Assembly (NCBI GenBank): GCA_964291405.2
Contig: OZ219926.1
Location: forward strand, 1,888,001 to 1,952,000
Source of the DNA: Thermodesulfobacteriota bacterium
GTDB lineage: Bacteria > Desulfobacterota > Binatia > Bin18
Length of the DNA stretch: 64,000 nt
Reading direction: 5' to 3'
How positions within the stretch are numbered: the stretch's first letter is position 1; each line of letters opens with the position of its first letter. The notes under the pieces are model-generated. The model did no database searches. It saw only the letters and a list, made by a program, of their open reading frames with translations, and was not told the origin of the DNA. Positions 58,276-64,000 of the stretch are shown here, one piece after another. The position numbers were made by a program, and so were the translations under genes.

Positions 58276-59769
58276 CTACCCCGTCAACTCGGGAACGTGG
58301 ACGGAGGGTTTGCGATGCCGAGTGAGCTGTTCATACGCGTAGGCCAACGAAAGGAGTTCCGCCTCACGATACGGCAGGCCAACGATCTCCAAACCCACGG
58401 GTAGGCCGTTCGGGGTAAAACCCGCTGGCACGCTCACGGCCGGCATCCAGGTCTGGGCGGCGATAAGCGTATTGGTCGGAAAGTCCATCGTGGGCCATTT
58501 GTCGGCGTCAAGCTCGGCCCGTGAGGGCGAGGGCACTTGCGAGGTGGGAAAGACGAGCGCGGTTGCCCCCACCTTGGCCATGGCATTGATGACCGTCCGC
58601 TGGAACTGCTCGCGCGCGGTATAGCGTTGATGGTGCTCGGGGTCGGCGGTGGGGTCCTCGGGACCTTCGACCAGCGCGACCAGGAGATCCAGCTTGGAAT
58701 GATATTTTTTCGCCCCGATGATTTCCTTGAGGTTTTTCATCGGCAAACCGGGACGCCCGGCCAGGAAGCGGTCGATATCGTAACGCGAACGGGCGATATA
58801 GAGCGAAGACCGTTCAATATAGTACTGGAGATCGGGCAGGGTGATATCAACCAGGGTCGCACCTGCCGAGGCGAACGTCGCCAGGGCGTCTTCGATCAGA
58901 TCGTTGACCGTGGCGGCCTGCGGGTCGGCGTTGTCGCCGAAGACTTCCCGTACCACGCCGACCCGCACACCCGAGAGGGCTGTCCGGTCAAGCAGCGCCG
59001 CATACTTGGTCTCGCCCGCTATAGCGGCGGTCGCGGTATAAGGGTCGGCCGGGTCAAACCCAACCAGCACCTCAAGCAGTTTGGCGGCATCCGTGACCGT
59101 GCGACACATGGGTCCGGCAGAGTCCTGAAAGACCACCAGCGGCGACATGCCCGCCCGACTGATGAGGCCGGGCGTGACCTTGAGGCCGACCAGATTATCG
59201 AACGAGGACGGCAAGCGAATAGAGCCGCCCGTGTCCGACCCCAGACCAATAGCACCCAGGTTGGCCGCTACCGCCGCGCCGGTGCCACCGCTGGAGCCGC
59301 CCGGATCGTGCCCTAAATCATACGGGTTCTTGGTCGTGCCGGACTTGGACGAGTAGCCGAACCAGGAGGTGGCAAAGTCCGGCAGGGTGGTCTTGGCCAG
59401 AATAATCGCGCCCGCCGCCCGGAGCTTGGTAATGACCGTGGCATCCGTCTCGGGCAGATAGCCGTCCAGGGCAATCGAGCCGAAGGTGGTCATAAGCCCG
59501 GCCGTTTCAACCTGGTCCTTGACCACAATGGGAACACCGTGGAGTGGCCCGGACAATCGGCCGGAGGCGGCGAACTCAGCATCGAGCCGGGCGGCCTCGT
59601 CCCGAGCCTGCGGATTGACGGTTACGATAGAATTGATCGTCGGACCGCTCCGGTCGTAGGCCTCAATCCGCGCCAGATAGCCCTCCACGAGGCCCACGCA
59701 GGTGACCTCGCCAGTGCGTAAAACATTATGAATCTTTGCAATGGTCGTTTCTTCCAGCTTGAATGACAT
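58276..59769 (-). CDS. Amidase signature family protein
   Basis: GVPIVVKD, GGSSGGTG, GSDTGGSIRLPS. Confidence 0.93.
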   Translation of the reverse strand: MSFKLEETTIAKIHNVLRTGEVTCVGLVEGYLARIEAYDRSGPTINSIVTVNPQARDEAARLDAEFAASGRLSGPLHGVPIVVKDQVETAGLMTTFGSIALDGYLPETDATVITKLRAAGAIILAKTTLPDFATSWFGYSSKSGTTKNPYDLGHDPGGSSGGTGAAVAANLGAIGLGSDTGGSIRLPSSFDNLVGLKVTPGLISRAGMSPLVVFQDSAGPMCRTVTDAAKLLEVLVGFDPADPYTATAAIAGETKYAALLDRTALSGVRVGVVREVFGDNADPQAATVNDLIEDALATFASAGATLVDITLPDLQYYIERSSLYIARSRYDIDRFLAGRPGLPMKNLKEIIGAKKYHSKLDLLVALVEGPEDPTADPEHHQRYTAREQFQRTVINAMAKVGATALVFPTSQVPSPSRAELDADKWPTMDFPTNTLIAAQTWMPAVSVPAGFTPNGLPVGLEIVGLPYREAELLSLAYAYEQLTRHRKPSVHVPELTG

Positions 59770-59789
59770 GGCCTGCCTCTCCTCCATCT

Positions 59790-59833
59790 CTCCCCTCCTT
59801 GGAGGGGTGGCCCGTCCGGGCCGGGGTGGGTTT
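59790..59833. repeat. REP-like element (single unit)
   Basis: CTCCCCTCCTTGGAGGGGTGGCCCGTCCGGGCCGGGGTGGGTTT; same family as 35564-35653. Confidence 0.75.
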
Positions 59834-60270
59834 CAGTCCTCCGGTCTTTTTGCGCCATAGCACGTGTACTGTCCGGTGAGTAGGGGCAGATTTTCAATCC
59901 ACCCTCCCATAGCGACCGTCACCCCAGCTTGGGCTTCGTGACCTTCACCGCCGCCCACAACGCGACCAGAAAAAAACTCGTCAGGAAAATGAAATCCTGA
60001 GCGACGAGGGTAAAGCCCAAGAAACACTGGGATTATGAGGCACGGACAGGCCGAAAACGCACCCGCTCAGGCGGCTGATTTTGGTACACACGTATATAAT
60101 TCCCAAGCACTTCAATATGCAAACGGCCAAAAAACAACGGGAAGAAGGGCAACCTGTTGTCTATGTGAGCATCAAACGACTTGCCTTTGATAGAGCCTCT
60201 CGACTGGTCGGAACAAAGATCGAGCGCATTGAGCACGCGGCGTGGGATCAACGGAGAGAGGCTCACTGCG

Positions 60271-60828
60271 TTAGCTCTGCTCCGGTTGCTCTCTCGTGCC
60301 GTCGATCAGCACAAACGCAATCCGACACGACCGGTCCGAGCGATTGCTCCAGGCATGATTGGTACCACGCTGGACAATGACATCACCAGCTGTGACCAGC
60401 ACCTCCGAGTCGTCCAGAACCATATGGCATTCGCCCGAAAGCACAATCGCGTAATCAATCGTCTCGGTCTTGTGCATGAGTGGATGCCGTGGCTGCTCGG
60501 AGTCGTCCAGTGCCTGCTCCGCTCCGAATGAGGCGAAGCTTTCCCGGGCGGCCTTGCGGTCTATCTGATCTATCCAGTCCTTTTCCGGCGAAAACTCGAC
60601 AATCCGAAAGACCGTACCGTTGGCGGGAGGAATCAGAGCAACCGGACCCTGTGTCCGGTCGGTTGCGTCGGTCAAACTCGCGGGCGTCCCGGTTGTGGCC
60701 CACAGATTGGTGACCTCAACACCCGGCCTGTTCTTTGGGTGGAAGACTGGCGCTGAGGTGTCGGAGAGGACTGTTGCCTGCCCGTTTGTGTCGTGTCCGG
60801 TCACGATGCGTCGTGTGTTGTTCGGCAT
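60271..60828 (-). CDS. Cupin domain protein
   Basis: RRIVTGHD, MHKTETIDYAIVLSGE, GDVIVQRGTNHAWSN. Confidence 0.9.
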   Translation of the reverse strand: MPNNTRRIVTGHDTNGQATVLSDTSAPVFHPKNRPGVEVTNLWATTGTPASLTDATDRTQGPVALIPPANGTVFRIVEFSPEKDWIDQIDRKAARESFASFGAEQALDDSEQPRHPLMHKTETIDYAIVLSGECHMVLDDSEVLVTAGDVIVQRGTNHAWSNRSDRSCRIAFVLIDGTREQPEQS

Positions 60829-60981
60829 GGTGGCTCCCTTCTATGATTCGAGCGCGACTCTCCGCCCACATAAGACAGCGAGAAATTGATCGATACTCTT
60901 TTCTTTGAAATGAGAGTTGGTGTAGCCTGCACCTACCTCGATAGCCCACTCCCTCAATATGACTCTGGCGGAGGAAGAGCA

Positions 60982-62025
60982 ATGCAAGGCAAAGTAATGA
61001 CCGTTCTTGGCCCAATTGAGCCCGATACTCTGGGGATTACCCTGACGCATGAGCACCTGCTCATCGATCTCCGGGTATGGTGTGAGGAGCCCGAAGAAGA
61101 GGAACAGAAGGCGTTCGTGCACGCGCCGGTCGAAATGGAAACGCTCGGCGCGATTCGCCGTGAACCATTCGGTAATCTGGATAACTGCGTCCTCGATGAC
61201 ACGGCCCTGGCTATTGAGGAGTTGCGCCGGTTTAAGACCGCCGGCGGCAGCAGCGTGGTGGACTGTACGAATAACGGCCTGGGACGCACGCCGCTGGCCT
61301 TGGCAGAAATTGCCCAGGCGACCGAGATCAATATCGTCATGGGTTCAGGCTATTATATCGGCCGTTCTCATCCCTACGACATGGTCGATCGGTCCGTTGG
61401 GATGATCGCCGATGAGATTGAATCCGATCTCATGCAGGGCGTTGCCGATACCGGGGTACGCTCCGGCCTCATCGGCGAGATCGGCACCAGCTTCAAGGTG
61501 CGCGAGAACGAACAAAAGGTCTTGCGCGCCGCCGCCCGCGCGCAGCGGCGAACCGGAGCACCGATCAGTGTCCATCTGCTGCCGTGGCAGAAAAACGGAG
61601 TCGAAGTCCTCGATATTCTTGAAGGCGAAGGCGCAAATCCGCATCAGGTCATATTATGTCATCTCAGCCCCACCAGTGATGACCTGGAATATCATACCAC
61701 TCTGGCCAAACGCGGCGCTTACGTCGAGTATGACTTCTTCGGCATGGAATTCTACGTGGACAGTGTTGGCCGCTATACGGGCTCGGACGCCGGGAGTGTC
61801 ACCGCGCTGAAACGCCTGATCGACGCAGGCTGCTTGGAGCGGCTGCTCCTGTCCCACGATATTGCGATGAAGGTCCAACTCACCCGTTACGGCGGCTGGG
61901 GCTACGCTCACCTGGTCAAGAACGTGGTGCCCATGCTGAGTCGCAGCGGACTCAGCGCCGAACAGATCGATACTTTGATCGTGGCGAACCCTCGGCGCGT
62001 GCTGACCTGGAGCGCGCCGGTGTAG
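60982..62025 (+). CDS. Phosphotriesterase-family metallohydrolase
   Basis: TLTHEHL, VDCT...LGR, GLIGEIG, ISVH, LCH, LLSHD. Confidence 0.92.
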   Translation: MQGKVMTVLGPIEPDTLGITLTHEHLLIDLRVWCEEPEEEEQKAFVHAPVEMETLGAIRREPFGNLDNCVLDDTALAIEELRRFKTAGGSSVVDCTNNGLGRTPLALAEIAQATEINIVMGSGYYIGRSHPYDMVDRSVGMIADEIESDLMQGVADTGVRSGLIGEIGTSFKVRENEQKVLRAAARAQRRTGAPISVHLLPWQKNGVEVLDILEGEGANPHQVILCHLSPTSDDLEYHTTLAKRGAYVEYDFFGMEFYVDSVGRYTGSDAGSVTALKRLIDAGCLERLLLSHDIAMKVQLTRYGGWGYAHLVKNVVPMLSRSGLSAEQIDTLIVANPRRVLTWSAPV

Positions 62026-62103
62026 ATAGACATCTCTCAGACAACTCACCTGTTCTTCCAGTTCTTCCCTCCACAAGATAAGTTTTATAGCTATAATGTA
62101 GCT

Positions 62104-62475
62104 ATGCAGCTTGCTGACGACCCTGACATGGCGGCGTGGCTTTTCCAGTTTGGAGGACAACCGGACGAGTTTGATTGGGACGCTGGTAATCTCACCAAAC
62201 ATCGTAAACATCAGGTCGAGCCTGACGATGTGGAATCCTTATTTCATTATCCATACATATTTGCGGGCCGGATCACTGAACCTGAGCATGATGAGGCCCG
62301 TTGGCTTGTCCTGGGACAAAATCGACAGGAACGGCGGTTGACGTTGATATTCACTCAACGCGGCAGGAAGCTCCGACCCATCAGTTGTCGTGCAATGCGG
62401 AAAAACGAAAGGAAACTCTATGAAGAAATCTTCCAAGAGCCGGACACCCCGCCAGCGGCAGGACGCACAACTTGA
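62104..62475 (+). CDS. BrnT family toxin
   Basis: FDWDAGNLTKH.KH, EARWLVLG, IFTQRG..LRPISCRAM...ERKLY. Palindrome TATAGCTATA just upstream. Confidence 0.88.
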   Translation: MQLADDPDMAAWLFQFGGQPDEFDWDAGNLTKHRKHQVEPDDVESLFHYPYIFAGRITEPEHDEARWLVLGQNRQERRLTLIFTQRGRKLRPISCRAMRKNERKLYEEIFQEPDTPPAAGRTT

Positions 62476-62677
62476 GGAATTTGAAACTCAGGATCTGGGT
62501 AAAGACATTCGGACTTCTGGCGTGAGACCGGTTATAGTCCAGCCAAAAACCCGACCGACCTCAATTCTGCTTGATGTGGAGCTTATTCAGCAGCTCCGTG
62601 TCAAGGCAGCCAAGCGAGGGATCGGCTATCAGACCATGTTGAAGATGATCGTGCGGGAACATCTTCACGAATATTGA
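62420..62677 (+). CDS. BrnA/CopG-like antitoxin
   Basis: TSILLD...LRVKAAKRGIGYQTMLKMIV. Confidence 0.85.
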   Translation: MKKSSKSRTPRQRQDAQLEEFETQDLGKDIRTSGVRPVIVQPKTRPTSILLDVELIQQLRVKAAKRGIGYQTMLKMIVREHLHEY

Positions 62678-62869
62678 GGCAAAGAGTCGTCGTCTGATTT
62701 CCTCGTGGGCTATGCTCATCTCAAGCCGCGGCGTCAGTAAGCTCCTGCGAGAACATCTTGCACTGTCATTCCGCCCAGTCCTATACTTCCCGTACCTAAT
62801 TAGCCGGTTCGTTTCTTTGATGACGTTCTGAGTCATACACAACCCGCCTTTCATGAAAGGAGGCCCTAC

Positions 62870-63640
62870 ATGGCCGGTAGACTGACGGATAAGATCGCTC
62901 TTGTGACCGGTGGCGCTTCAGGGATTGGGCGGGCGACAGTGCTCCGCTTTGCCGAAGAGGGGGCGGCGGTCGTGGCCGCCGACCGGAACCCGGGCGGTCT
63001 GGAGCAGACCAAAAGCCTGGTGCAAGAAACCAGCCCGGATATCGAGACCGTGACCGTCGATGTCTCCAAGCTGGACCAGGTCGAGCGTATGGTTGACACG
63101 GCGGTTGAACGTTTCGGTCGTCTGGACGTCCTGGTCAACGCGGCCGGAGTCCTGATTCTGACGCCACCGCTGGCCGAAGTCGACGAACGGCACTGGGACC
63201 TCATGATGTCCACCAACCTCAAGGGACTCTTCTTTTGCTGCAAAGCCGCCATCCCGGCCATGCTGAAAAACGGCGGCGGCTCCATCGTCAACATTGCCTC
63301 CATGGCCGGTGTCCAGGCATACAGCCAGTCTCTGCCCTACGCGGTCAGTAAGGCCGGCATCATCCATCTCAACTCGGTTGCCGCCAGCCAATACACCTCC
63401 CAGGGCATTCGGATGAACTGCATTGCCCCTGGTTTCGTAGACACCCCGCAGGCGCGCGGCAGCACCCAGAGCACCGAAGCCATAGAGAAAGCGGCCCGCT
63501 ATCATCCCCTGGGACGGATTGGCCAGCCCGAGGAGATTGCGAACACGATTCTCTTTCTGGCCTCGGACGAATCTTCCTATATCAGCGGCTCGACCTTTGT
63601 CGTGGACGGGGGTTCCTGGTCGGTTGCCAGCCGGCTCTAA
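62870..63640 (+). CDS. Short-chain dehydrogenase/reductase
   Basis: TGGASGIG, NAAG, YAVSK, VDGG. Confidence 0.93.
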   Translation: MAGRLTDKIALVTGGASGIGRATVLRFAEEGAAVVAADRNPGGLEQTKSLVQETSPDIETVTVDVSKLDQVERMVDTAVERFGRLDVLVNAAGVLILTPPLAEVDERHWDLMMSTNLKGLFFCCKAAIPAMLKNGGGSIVNIASMAGVQAYSQSLPYAVSKAGIIHLNSVAASQYTSQGIRMNCIAPGFVDTPQARGSTQSTEAIEKAARYHPLGRIGQPEEIANTILFLASDESSYISGSTFVVDGGSWSVASRL

Positions 63641-63649
63641 GGGGGGAGT

Positions 63650-63886
63650 ATGGAAAAGCTCATCGAGATTACCAATAAGGCCGTAGCCGATTACGGCTTT
63701 CGGCAGATCGTCCAGTGGAGCCCCGAGGACATCGTTGCCCAGTGGCAGCTCTCGACCCGCGAGACCGATATCCTCACCGGCGTTATCAAAGACGAGCTGG
63801 ACCGTTTGCCCATCCCGGTCGAACCTTCAGATGTGCCGCAAGAACAGGAGCGGGTGGCCGGTATCATCAGGCAGGCATTGGGTTAG
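63650..63886 (+). CDS. Hypothetical protein (78 aa)
   Basis: GGGGGAG RBS right after the SDR stop; helical composition. Confidence 0.65.
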   Translation: MEKLIEITNKAVADYGFRQIVQWSPEDIVAQWQLSTRETDILTGVIKDELDRLPIPVEPSDVPQEQERVAGIIRQALG

Positions 63887-63945
63887 GGTGTCCCGGCCTC
63901 ACCGCTCCGGACCGGCAACCTGAGACGGGACGGACAGGCCGGCGT

Positions 63946-64000
63946 ATGACAAACACTATTCGTTGCAATCCGGGGCTGCGCCAGATCGGCGACCCGGCCA
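63946..64000 (+). CDS. Possible start of the next gene (partial)
   Basis: ATG-initiated open frame MTNTIRCNPGLRQIGDPA running to the window edge. Confidence 0.3.
   Translation, partial: MTNTIRCNPGLRQIGDPA

Noticed and set aside
59833-60270. Several short ORFs, including a hydrophobic 33-aa minus-strand frame
   Set aside because: No RBS or recognisable motifs; cannot be supported.

Overview
GC-rich bacterial chromosome segment dense in catabolic enzymes: class III CoA-transferases, LLM/HpaB/HsaA-type flavin monooxygenases, amidohydrolases, SDRs, MaoC, a CocE hydrolase, a DMFase-like subunit, FadB and an amidase. These are interspersed with REP-like palindromes and at least four intact toxin-antitoxin pairs plus TA debris. 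The most unusual feature is a complete 2438-bp IS1595-family element (6799-9236; 25-bp imperfect TIRs, 8-bp TSD) inserted into a REP-like palindrome. It carries small passenger ORFs and, upstream of its transposase, a non-canonical tRNA-like gene (8953-9058, minus strand). That RNA has a Cys-type body with U73, a GGC (Ala) anticodon, no G3:U70 pair and a ~38-nt variable arm. Also present: an unannotated UGA-readthrough selenoprotein (270-815, U-G-G-C motif with a SECIS-like hairpin); a TA-like cassette bracketed by a 30-bp duplication of the selO/ydiU 3' end; and a beta-CA/DMFase-like/TMADH-like operon. Family assignments come from motif recognition by eye; no database searches were run.
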